From: Azolla caroliniana
Lineage: Eukaryota > Plantae > Polypodiophyta
Assembly: GCA_043228905.1 (NCBI GenBank)
Contig: JBHGNT010000007.1
Location: 12,834,001-12,898,000, forward strand
Length of the DNA stretch: 64,000 nucleotides
Direction: 5' to 3'
Positions within the stretch are counted from its first letter, which is position 1. Each line of letters opens with the position of its first letter. The notes under the pieces are model-generated. The model was given only the letters and a program-made list of their open reading frames with translations, made no database searches and had not been told where the DNA came from. The translations under genes were made by a program, and so were the position numbers. Positions 1-11,699 of the stretch are shown in pieces.

Positions 1-3000
1 CCTGTCCAGCCTACGGGAGCCTCTATGAACCACTCCCGCACTTACAGATTTCTCCAACCAGACTATCGAGCAAGTCATCGCACGCGTCCTTGCAATCGAT
101 CGGACACAGCATACCACGGTTTTCTCCACGGGCTCTTTGCAAAACTTCCTTCCTCAGGAGGAGAATCGTTTCCAACAAGCCCTTCAATGCACGGCCTACT
201 CAGGCTCAGGCCATCTGGCTCTTGAGTGCCCTCACCGGCCACACTACCCCATATGTTTGTCCTAAGCTCACACGATCGCACAATGTGAGTACAACATGCT
301 CAACCGCACAATGACGACTCCGGTTCGCCAGATCGAGCTGCGCAATACATACTCCCGGCAGGATGAACGTCAGTCATACCGACATCAGGCAAACGAGCAA
401 CCACGATCCCCGGATCGCCAGCACCGTGACGACGACTACCGCCGTGACGACAACTATCGTCGCCACGACAATCGGTACCGCCATGACAATCGTAGGAGAT
501 CAGGCGACCGTGACCAGTACCACGACGACCAATATAGAGCAAACGATGAGTATGATCGGTATGACGACGACTGGGAGGACCGGTATGATCAACGGTATGC
601 ACGAAATGATCGACGAAACTCTTATAGAGGTTCGCGGAACAATCGACGTTAGAACGACAATCGTCGTTGGGAGCCCCCTCCAAACGCCCCGCACACCGCG
701 CCACGGGCCAAACGCCTACCCAAGCGGTCGGGAACCAATCACAACCCTTCCCACACACTGAGCATGGTGACACCAACAACTCGGCATCCGTTATCTGGTT
801 TAAGTGTAACCAACCCGACCACTAAGCTACCGAATGCCCAACCACAGACTGCGGAAAGGCCCCGACTGTGAATACTATTATGGCCAATGTCCAGCACGTC
901 ACTACATGTAGGAAGACCCACGCCAACCAATGGCAAGAACAAGATAACGTCCGACAAGTAGCCAAGGAATGGATTGACACCGCCAACAAAAGCAACGTGG
1001 TACGGATGCACACAGAGATGTAGGACGTGACCATCGACGCACCATCGGCCGTAGGACCATCCACCACGGCAGAAGATGACCATCTATGGGAAGCCCTTAC
1101 AAGCGCTAGGATCTCGCTGCCATTACATAAGCTGTTACCACTCATGCCGCGCTTTCAGGATACCTTGGCTAAGCTCACGGCTAACGACAAATCGGTCGTA
1201 CCCCCTGTTAACTTGACGGAGCCAGGGACGGGCCCACCCCTCATGGATTCCTAGAATCCAGCCGTGAAAATCATGATTAAAGGAAGCGACCTTCATGGGT
1301 GCATTATCGACGGTGGCTCCGGTGTGAACGTCATCAGCGAGGCCACATGTTACACCCTTGGCATAAACCAATGGGAGCCTTGCCCCTTCTGGCTGCGGAT
1401 GGTAGATACGTGATCGGTTCACCCCATCGGGTTAATCCGCCACCTTGATTTCACGTTAGCCAGCCACTTGTTCACTATCTCGGTAGTCGTGTTATGTCTC
1501 GAAGCTCCGGGTGCTTACCCAATGCTGCTTGGCCGACCCTAGTTGCGCACAACAAATATTAAACAACATTGGCAGCGGAATATGATCTCCTTCCGTTGGG
1601 GGAAGTCCAAGGTATGGCTAATAACTAAAGAACACCTAACCATGCCTCACAAAAGTACGCCCTTACTCGCGGAAGGGGTACACATGCTCGACGGCTTAGT
1701 CGACGAAGAGGTGGATGACTTCCTAGAAGATCACCCCACTATCATACCCCTCTTCGAAATAAATGCCATTTTGGGTGTTGGCACACCACTAGACGAGGAT
1801 GGCACGACATATTCCCTTCCCCAGGACGACGTCGATCCCACCACTATCGCAGAACTACGACAAGCGCGGGACGCGTTTGAATGAGAACTCGCCATTTCCC
1901 AATGGTTAAAAGCATCAACGCTCGAGTCATTGAACCTCGGCTTAGACGAGACACTTCAAATCGCTAATAACTTACCAGCCGACGAACGGTCAACCCTGAT
2001 ACGCCTGCTCACGGAATATCAGGATGTATTCGCCTGGTCTTACACGGATATGAAGGGATCCCCAATTTTACCAACACCAAGTACACCTCCTATCGGACAC
2101 TCGGCCGATCCAACAACGACGGTACTCTATGAATCCCAACTACGCGGCTAAGGTCAAAGAGGAAATCGACAAACTCCTTCGAGTAGGCTTTATACGCCTA
2201 GTGAAAAGAGCCACATGGTTAAGCCCAATCGTCGTGGTCCCCAAGAAAAACGGGAAAATCCGCGTTTGTGTTGATTACCGCAAACTCAATGCTGCGACAG
2301 TCACGGATGGGTTCCCTCTTCTGTTCACGAATAGTGTCCTCGACACGGTGGCTGGTCATGAATGCTACAGTTTCCTCGATGGGTTCAGTGGCTATAATCA
2401 AATCCGAATGCACCCGAACGATCAGGAGAAAACGAAGTTTGTCACGGATTGGGGTGTTTTCGTGGCTGAGGTAATGATGTTCAGATTAAAGACGGCACCG
2501 GGCACGTTCCAACGCATCATCTCAGAGATTTTCAACGTGTATATTCCGGCGTTCATGCAAGTGTTCCTCAACGACTTTGCCGTGTATGGCTAGCGGCTGG
2601 AGCATATGACCCAGCTACAACTCTATCTCGAACGATGCCGACACGCTCGCTTGAGCTTAAATCTGGCAAAATGCGCGTTCTTGATGACCAGCGGCAACCT
2701 GCTCGGGCACATAGTCAGCCAGGAAGGTATCGCCATGGACCCGGATGAAGTGCATGCCATTCTGAATGCCCCTGCGCCCTCTACTGCGAAGGCTCTCAGC
2801 TGATTCTTGGGCCAAATTAGATGGCATAGTCGGATGTTGCGACACTTGGCCGATTTCGCGACTCCTTTACATGTGGTGGTGCATAGACTCCCATTTCAGT
2901 GGTCTTCAACAGAAGACGAGGCGTACCAAGTCTTGAAGTTAATGTTCTCCCATGCTCCGGTGGTATAGGCACCGGTCTGGTCGGAACCTTTTCACGTCTT

Positions 3001-3669
3001 CGTAGATGCATCAGATATAGCCATTGGCAGCTCGCTCATGTAGCGCACACCACCAAATTTGTATCGGCTAATGTATTATGCTAGCCGACGACTCTCGGCC
3101 GTGGAGAAGAACTACTCAACCACTGAACGCGAGGCCCTCGGTATGGTTTACAGCATCAACAAATTTCGGCATTATCTCTTGGGCCGAAACTTCACATTCC
3201 ACGTCGACCACTCGGCCCTCCTCTACTTGGTTAATAAGCAGGCCGTCACAGGTCGCCTGGCCCGATGGATGCTTCTGCTACTGGAGTTTGATTTTCAGAT
3301 CCAGCATCGGCTCGACATCCAACACGTCGTAGCTGACTACTTGAGCCGCTTCGAGTCAGGCGAACCATCCGTGTCCACGTATGATGAATTACCCGACGCC
3401 GCCCTTTTTAGTCTCGCAACGGTGCCAAACGCAAATGAGGACGAATGGATCGTAGAGATGACCCATTTTCTCAGCACCGGCCTTCCTCCCAACCACTTGA
3501 CCCTCGACGCTTGAAAACGACTAGCTGTCAGGAGCCAAAAATTTTGTCTTGTCTCCGACACCCTTTACCACAAAGGCTCGGATGGCATCTGGCACCATGC
3601 AATCCGTCAATTTGAGAAACCCCCAATCCTCCAAGAGGCACATCACGGAATCGTGGGGGGACATTACGC
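1..3669 (+). pseudogene. Ty3/gypsy element A (Athila/OTA-like) gag-pol, 5' part: gag C-terminus, protease, RT, RNase H, integrase start; many stops and frameshifts
   Basis: Motifs IDGGSGVN (protease), WLSPIVVVPKKNGKIRVCVDYRKLN and FLDGFSGYNQI (RT), YYASRRLS..EKNYSTTERE (RNase H). Collinear with the near-intact ORF at 23728-29022. Confidence 0.93.
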
Positions 3670-4319
3670 TGTCGTGAAGAAAACCGTCCCTTAGCGCAAT
3701 CGGTGCATAGCGCGCGTGAACCGACTCTTCACGCGTGCACGCCCTTTAATGTATATAATAGGGAATTAGGTACATAGGCATATCCGGGGTAGTTAGATTT
3801 GGTAGGTAGGAAGTAAATGAGGGAGACGGCTCCCTTCCTGAAGATATAAAAGAGAGGGAAACACGGGGGGGAAAGGGATTGCGCATTGAGGAGGACGAAG
3901 TGCTGTCGAACCGTAACCGAACGCTTCTCCTCTGTTCATTCTCCATCGCTCTTCTCTGCAGGATTTCGGGAGGCTCGCGCTGCTTCGAGGAACACCCGTG
4001 TGCTTCCGGCAGCACCTCCATCCTATCCCCTTTCGTGCGCAGACGAACAGGCATCGACATCTGTTCGCCGGCCTATTCGGTTGTAACCGCTCGCGTGCTC
4101 TGTTGTTTTGTGTCATTTGTTAATATACAAACATTCGTGTCTCTCTGTCTCTCTGTCCATTCGTGTTTTCTACGCTGACGGGCCGTGCCCCTGTGTTTCT
4201 TTGCTCATACGTAACCGGTCGTCTCTCTCTTTCTCTTTCCCCTCCTATCACCTGCTCTTCGGTTCAAGACCCCGGTGGTTCCGCCTCGTTTCTCCACGCA
4301 CGCGCGTAGCAACGTGACA
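3670..4319 (+). repeat. 5' LTR of element B
   Basis: TGTCGTG...GTGACA; direct repeat of 9398-10047 with about 20 mismatches counted by eye, mostly transitions at CG sites. Confidence 0.95.
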
Positions 4320-4323
4320 TATT

Positions 4324-4340
4324 TGGTGAACCCGACGTGA
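4324..4340 (+). promoter_or_regulatory. Primer-binding site, tRNA-Trp
   Basis: TGGTGAACCCGACGTGA is complementary to the plant tRNA-Trp 3' end (UCACGUCGGGUUCACCA). An identical site lies at 47772. Confidence 0.85.
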
Positions 4341-7300
4341 ACAAGGCGGCAGAGGAGCAAAAGATGAGGGGGTTGGATCTTGCAGAGGTCATGGCTTCGG
4401 CCGTGGACCGGATAGTGAGCGCGCGCGAGGGCACCGGCGCCCTTGACAGGGCTATTGAGGCGATCGTCGGTACGATCGGCCGGTTCAGTGGAACGGATGC
4501 CACGAGTTATTTGGCGTCCTACCGGGCGGAGATGTTGATGAGGGATATTCCGGAAGAGAGGCGTCTTGCCGGATTCCCTCGAGTGGCGATGCCGGGCATC
4601 CATGCGGAGGTGCTCGAGGTCCGGGCGGAGAGCTGGACCGGGGAGGAGTTCGAAGGATGGCTCCTGGAGAAATACGGGCTGGATGACGCGCTTCGACTTT
4701 CGAAGCGGGGCTTCATGGAGTGGGTGGAGTCCCCCAACAAAGGAAGAAATGTGTCGGTACTCCTCCGGGAGTTTGAGGAACGCTTTGTGCGCGTTTCGGC
4801 GCTCGATCGGACCGTTCTGGACACAAGTCGTGTCCTAGTGTTTGTCAAATCGGTTGATGCACGGGATCGGGAGCAAGTGGGCTCCTTACTGGAAACCGAA
4901 GACGGGCTGACGGCCGACTGGGCCGCGGTAAAAAGAGTCTGCGACCGTTTTGACAAAAGGTGGGAGTGGGCTGATACAGGGGCGACCGGGGCGGGTCCTG
5001 TCGCAGCAAGGAAGCTCAAACCGATACCGCAGGCGCGACGGGAAGAGACCCGGGAGTGGCTCGAAACCGGTTCGGCTTCGACCGGCGTGGTCAGAGGCTC
5101 GTCCGGGGGGACAACTTTGGAGGAGTTGACACGGGCGGTAAAGGATCTCCAGATTGCCCAGGCTCGGAGGGAAGGTGGCGAACAGGCTCATGACCGAGGG
5201 CCTCCGGCAGGAAATAGGTGCATGTGGTGCGACGAGGTTGGCCACATCCGGAAAGACTGCGGGGACTTTGCGGAGGCTTTGAGAAGCCGGGTAGTGTACC
5301 TGTGGGAAGGTCGGGTGCACGCCAACGATACCCGGAGGGCGCTGAACCGAAACGACGGGCGAGGAGGAATGAAAAGGCTGATGGAAGAGGCGGCGGCCCG
5401 TCACGCGGAGACTGTCCACTACTCGGCGTCGGCCGGTATTCGGGTCGGTGGCAGCGAGGCCCGAAAGGGGAGGAAAGCCGGGTTCTGGCTGATGGTGCTA
5501 GAAGGCCTCGCCGGTGCCCGACTAAAGAAAGACGAGGCGGACCGCGCGGAGAAGCGGGTCCAGGAGGTAACCGGGTCCAGGTTGGATGCGCGCCACCGAG
5601 GAACTACACGGGGCCTGCCCAAACGTGCGAGTCAAGATCGGCGACGTCGAGATAGATCAGCACTTCTTTGTGCAGGAGACGTCCTCGCACCCGGTCATAC
5701 TGGGAGAACCGTACATTACGGCAGTGTGGATGGAGACCAAGGTGCTGGACAACGGGTCGGCTTACGCGAGGGTCAAGAGTCAGGACGGGCGTCATTCGGT
5801 CCAGTTCCTGACAGTGCGACCGAACCACGAGCGAAACCCCGAGTCCCTCGGTGGCGAGAACCGAGAGGATTTTTAGAGAGGGCTATCAAGGCGTGGGGCC
5901 GCGACAGTCCGGACACTCTGGGAAAACCCCACAAATGTACGATAGAGGCGAAACCGAAGAAACCTTGTACCATAAGTAGGAAGTTTTATTTCTCTGACAA
6001 CGGAGGGCGTCGTTGGCCGAGAAAAGACAAGGACAGAAGAGCGACTTCGGGCGTGCGGAGTTCTCGGGCCCAACGAGGAGATCAACGGAGCCGTGGAGGC
6101 GGTCTCCTTCGACGATACCATGGGAATACTGCGAGAGGTGGTCGGAGAAGGCCTTAAAGAGGACCGGACGATACTGGTTTGTTCAAAAGAAATGTACGAA
6201 GTCATCGCAGACTTCAGTCGGGGGCTCGAGTCGGATCGGACGGCCCGTGTTAACACGAAGTACAAGACTGTGGACCGGAAGGTAAGGCCAGTCGCGGCAC
6301 CCTTACTGGAGGGCAGCGAGTTGCGAATCGAGGGGGTCACGTCGGACCCAGTTTACGAGATCCGGCCTGCATAGGACACACCTTCACCGATAGAACGCTA
6401 CGGGAGCTCAAAATCGGTGGGGGCGGTTTCCTACTGCCGGCGGAAGAAGACCGGTTTCGGAGAATGCTCGGAAGGCACGGGAAAGCCTTCGCATTCTCGC
6501 CGGGAGAGATCGGGTGCGTAGACCCGACAGTCGTGAAGCCGATGGTGATATTCACGGTACCGCATGTGCCGTGGAATCTCAAACCAATTCCAGTACCGAG
6601 AGCTCACATCCCGGAGCTGATGGAGTTCTTGAGGCAGAAAGTCAATATGGGCATCCTCGAACCGTCGAGTGCCCCGTACTCGAACCGGTGGTTTACTGTA
6701 CCGAAGAAGAACGAGACGTTGCGCTTCATTCAAAACCTGCAACCGGTCAATAGAGTGACCATTCGGAACGCAGGAATCGGACCAACGATAGATGAGTTTG
6801 CAGAGGCCTTCGCCGGAAGGTCGATCTACTCGGTCGGTGATCTGTACTCGGGGTACGATCAGTTCCAACTAGCCGTAGAGAGCAGAGACATTACGACGAT
6901 GCGGACTCCTCTCAGCCTAGTGTGGATGTGTACCCTGCCACAAGGAGGGACGAACTCGGTGGCCCACATGGTGAATGCGATGAACAAGGTGTTGAGGGAT
7001 TGTATCCCGGACATCACCATGCCATTCTTGGACGACATCCCGATCAAGGGATGTCCGGTGGAGGAAAAGGACGAAACGATCGGACCGGACGGATGCCGGA
7101 AATTCGTGGCGACACACATTGACGACTACGAGAGGGTGTTGCAGAGGCTAGGGGACGCAAGGCTCACCTTCTCCGGGGAGAAATCGGCCTTCGGGAAATC
7201 AGAGATCATGGTCGTCGGACATCTATGCGGACCGTATGGCCGGAAACTGTCTCCGGCTAAGGTGGAAGCCATCTCCGCAATGAAGCCCGACTGTAACTCG

Positions 7301-9405
7301 GTCATGGAGGTACGGAGGTTCTTGGGAGCATGCGCGTTCTACCACATATGGATCCCGCATTAAACCCACGTTGTCGAGCCGCTATACGGGTTGCTGAAAA
7401 AGGGGCGAAAATTCGAGTGGCGAGACGAGCATACGGAGTCGGTCCGAAAGATGAAGGAGGCTCTTGCTGCAGCTCCGGCACTCCGGAAGGCTGTCTACGA
7501 GAAAGGCACTCCCGTCTACATAACGGTAGATACGAGTCCGACCGGGATTGGATGGGTTGTCAACCAAGAAGATGAGGACGGCAATCGGTTCCCAATCCGG
7601 TTCGGTGCGAAGGTCCTCAGTGAGCGACAACGAGGATACACCCAGGTTAAACGCGAACTCTGGGGTATCGTTTCGGCGGTGAAGGCCTATAAAGACTATC
7701 TGATCGGGACAGAGGTGATTATCGAGATGGATTTCCTACCGATTCTCGGTATGGTTTCCGGATGCGCAACCCCGGACCTGGCAATGCTCAGGTGGATAGC
7801 GTACATCAAGTCCCTGGATCCGGAAATACGACACATTTCCGGGAAAGACAATGCCATGGCCGACATGCTTTCGAGGGCGCGATTCAACGACGAGGGCGGC
7901 ATGGTTTTGGAGGACGAGTAACAACCGAGGGGGGGAGCACTCCAGCGCTTAACGATTTTAACGAGAGCAAGTACGATGGGGAGTGGCTGCAGATTGGAGG
8001 ATTCTTAAGGACGATGACGTCGGACGCGTCATGGACAAAGGACGAGGCCAACCGGATCTGGAAGAAAGCGTACCGATTCTTTCTCCGGGACGGATACTTG
8101 TGGAAGCACCCGAAGAAGAGAAACGGCATCCCGCTCTAAGTAGTGGCGATGAAGGAGGAACAGGAGGAGTTACTGAAGGCCTACCACGACAGCCCCTGGG
8201 CTGGACACCGTGGAACGTGGACCACGTTCGAGAAACTAAAGGGGAAGTACTGGTGGCCGGGACTGTACCGGGACGTGCATCGGTTCGTGACGACTTGTGA
8301 GAGTTGTAAGATACACTCCATAGTCCGACATCGGGACAAGCTTCATCCTACATACCCTCTGGCCGTCCACTTCAAATGGATGGTAGATTTGGTGACGATG
8401 TCGATGGGCATAGGGCAGATGCGATATCTGGTGCTGGCCCGAGAGGACCTGACGAACCAGGTGGAAGGCCGAGCCCTGCAGAACAAAATGACCACGGCCG
8501 TGTGTCGGTTCCTGATCGAGGACGTGATATGCCGGTACGGGTGCGTCGGGAAGATCGTGGCTGACGGCAGGGAGTTGGACGCCGAAGAGGCCGAGGAGCT
8601 ATTCGACCGGTTAGGGGTCAAGCTCTCGCTCACCACGGCGTACAATCCGGAGGCAAACGGGAAGGTGGAGCGCGGACACGGACCGATCGTCAAAGCGTTA
8701 GTCCGGGCATGCGGAGTCCAGGTCGGGAACTGACCACGACTGTTACCTTATGCCTTGTGGGCGGACAGGACAACACACAGTTCGGTAACCGGGTTCATGC
8801 CGTCAAAGCTCATGTTCGGATAGAAGCCGATCATGCCGATGGAACGGACGATCTCCTCTTGGGCGACAGTGGACTGGAGAGACGAGATGAGCCGGGAAGA
8901 ACTACTAGCGGCGCGTATACGACAGCTCGAGCGGAGGCCAGAGGACGCGGAACGAGCGGCGGAGAGACTTCGGATGGCGAGGATGAGGAACAAAGCCCGG
9001 TTCGACCGAACGCACCGGCTCCGGCCAAAGAAAATCGAGGAAGGCGACTGGGTGCTAGTCTACGACAGCAGCCTCGACAACCAGCACCGGGCAACACAGA
9101 AGTTTGCCAAGCGGAAGTTCGGGCCTTACGCGATGACGAGCGCCAATGAGAACGGGACGTATCACCTGGCGGAACTCGATGGTATGAGGATGGCGATACC
9201 GGTAGCAGGGAAGCGGATCAAAGCATTCAAGAAGCGCCACGACGGCGAACCGGATCTAAGAGGCCTGGACAGCGACGACGAACGATCCGAAACGGAGGAC
9301 GAACAGATGGACGAGGAACCGGAACCCAGACCGGTTTTCTCCAACCAGAGCGCAATTTTGGCGCATACCGGTGGATGCGCGGTTAGGTGGGGGCGGATGT
9401 CATGA
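4337..9405 (+). pseudogene. Element B gag-PR and RT-RH-INT, disrupted; internal deletion near 5575 removes the protease N-terminal half
   Basis: Zn knuckle CMWCDEVGHIRKDC; protease C-half HPVILG; RT DLYSGYDQ and FLDDIPIKG; RNase H TVDTSPTGIG; integrase HDSPWAGH..CESC and YNPEANGKVERGH; GPY module. Confidence 0.93.
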
Positions 9406-10047
9406 AGAAAACCGTCCCTTAGCGCAATCGGTGCATAGCGAGCGTGAATCGGCTCTTCACGTGTGCGCGCCCTTTAATGTATATAATAGGGAATTAGGTA
9501 CATAGGCATATCCGGGGTAGTTAGATTCGGTAGGTAGGAAGTAAATGAGGGAGACGGCTCCCTTCCTGAAGATATAAAAGAGAGGGAAACGCGGGGGGGA
9601 AAGGGATCGCGCATTGAGGAGGACGAAGTGCTGTCGAACCGTAACCGAACGCTTCTCCTCTGTTCATTCTCCATCGCTCTTCTCTGCAGGATTTCGGGAG
9701 GCTCGCGCTGCTTCGAGGAACACCCGTGTGCTTCCGGCAGCACCTCCATCCTATCCCCTTTCGTGCACAGACGAACAGGCATCGGCATCTGTTCGCTAGC
9801 CTGTTCGGTTGTAACCGCTCGCGTGCTCTGTTGTTTTGTGTCATTTGTTAATATACAAACATTCGTGTCTCTCTATCTTTGTGTCCATTCGTGTTTTCTA
9901 CGCTGACGGGCTGTGCCCCTGTGTTTCTTTGCTCATACGTAACCGGTCGTCTCTCTCTTTCTCTTTCCCCTCCTATCACCTGCTCTTCGGTTCAAGACCC
10001 CGGTGGTTCCGCCTCGTTTCTCCACGCACGCGTGTAGCAACGCGACA
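9398..10047 (+). repeat. 3' LTR of element B, preceded by PPT GGTTAGGTGGGGGCGGA
   Basis: Direct repeat of 3670-4319; purine-rich tract at 9381-9397. Confidence 0.95.
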
Positions 10048-11166
10048 ACGTTGGAGAGGCCACGGCAAGAAAAATATGGCAGAGTGGCTTGTGGTGGCGC
10101 ACAACAAAAAAAGATGCTCATGAATTCTGTCGACAATGCGATCTATGTCAACGCATGGACAACCGACCGAGCAAGCCCGGATGGCGCACCAACCTATTCT
10201 TCTATTAGAGCCATTTCAAAAGTGGGGGTTACATTTTGTAGGACCTTTTAAACCAGTCGCGGCCTGCACCAGTAACAAATACAACATCGTGGCCACGGAC
10301 CATTGCACAAAATGGGTCGAGGCTAAGGCACTATGGGACAATACCGCCGCATCCACGGCAAAATTCGTATACGAACATCTATGGTGCCGATATGGATGCC
10401 CAATCGAGCTCATTAGTGACCAAGGCAGGCATTTTCTAAACCACATAATTCGCGAACTCACTACACACTATGCGGTCGTACATAAGAAAATTACATCGTA
10501 CTATCCACAGGCAAACGGATTGGCAGAGTCGACTAATAAAATTTTGCAGAAAATCCTGAAAAAGATTTTCAATGAGAACAGCACCGATTGGGATGCGAAG
10601 CTCCAGAGTGCATTATGGGCTTATTGCACCACATTCAAAATGAGCATTCAGTCTACACCCTTCCGGTTGGCCTATGGTTTGGAAGCAGTCCTGCCGATCA
10701 AGTTCCAAGTTCCGAGTCTCTGAGTTCAGGATAAGGAGAGGCTAGCCATGGGTCAATCAAGCAATATCGGCTCGAACAACTCCTCGAACTCGGCGAACAA
10801 CGAGTGGCCAGCATGGCTCACCTAGAGCAACGCCAACGGCAATGCAAAGCCTTCATTGATCGACACCAAAAGGGTACGGAGAAAGCACTTACCATCGGCA
10901 AACCACTGCTGGTCTTCCAAACACGACTCGGTGCTATGCCGGGTAAATTACGATTCCGATGGACAGGCCCCTTCTGGATAATTGACGAGTTTAACAGCAC
11001 ATTCCAACTTGGCACACTTGCCGGAGACATCGTCAAGAGTTGGGCAAATGGCTTCCGTCTTCAACCTTACCTCGAGACGACCCCAGTTAATCCTTTCGCC
11101 GTGACCGACGTCACGAACCAGCTCCCAGACGACGCCTCGAATGAGGCCACGTGTCCCCATCGGTAA
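10048..11166 (+). pseudogene. Element A integrase core and GPF module
   Basis: PFQKWGL, LISDQG, YYPQANGLAE, RWTGPF; continues the frame interrupted at 3669. Confidence 0.92.
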
Positions 11167-11699
11167 AATCATGACCTACCCACCAAATGTATATGGTAGG
11201 AATGATTTTTAGTAGTTAAATTAGTATTACCTAGAATTACCTAACTAATCACCCCAAATCATGAGATTTTTTTAGGTGCATCAACTAGTCACATCCACTT
11301 TAAAATAGAATATTTAAGAAGCATGCACACTAGACTAGCACTCCTAGGAATCGTGGCCATAATACCTTATTATGGCAGCCACGACTAGGAATCTCAAAGA
11401 TCTTCTCCCTACACAAAACCCTAGGCAGTCTCATAAAAGAAACTACCCCACACGCAACGCGCCCACTCACTCAGATGTGTTCTTGCCTTCACCGTCTTCA
11501 AGCTCTGCAACTCTATCTCGTTCTCATCGCCCCTGCAAACGGACCCCTACCTCTCGCCCTCGTAGCCCTTGCATAGACCAATAGCATTCCCCCAACTCTC
11601 TGTCTCGCCCTCGTCTCATCGCTTCCCCCCACGCCTCCTGCCAGCAAACCTTCGCATCCACCATGCCTCTCGCTGCATCAGAGGAAACCTGTTCTTGGC

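Larger units (their letters stand above)
3670..10047 (+). mobile_element. Ty3/gypsy element B, two-LTR, tRNA-Trp primed, inserted in the integrase zinc finger of element A
   Basis: Two 650-bp LTRs with TG...CA ends. 4-bp TSD ACGC/ACGT; removing the element restores GHYAGEATARKIW of A. PBS, PPT and gag/PR/RT/RH/INT are present. Confidence 0.95.

Noticed and set aside
300-779. Many antisense or overlapping ORFs across the TE coding regions
   Set aside because: Shadows of GC-rich gag-pol frames with no recognisable motifs.
4337-6157. 606-aa ORF as one genuine protein
   Set aside because: A deletion near 5575 fuses gag to an off-frame protease segment and the pol leader; chimeric.
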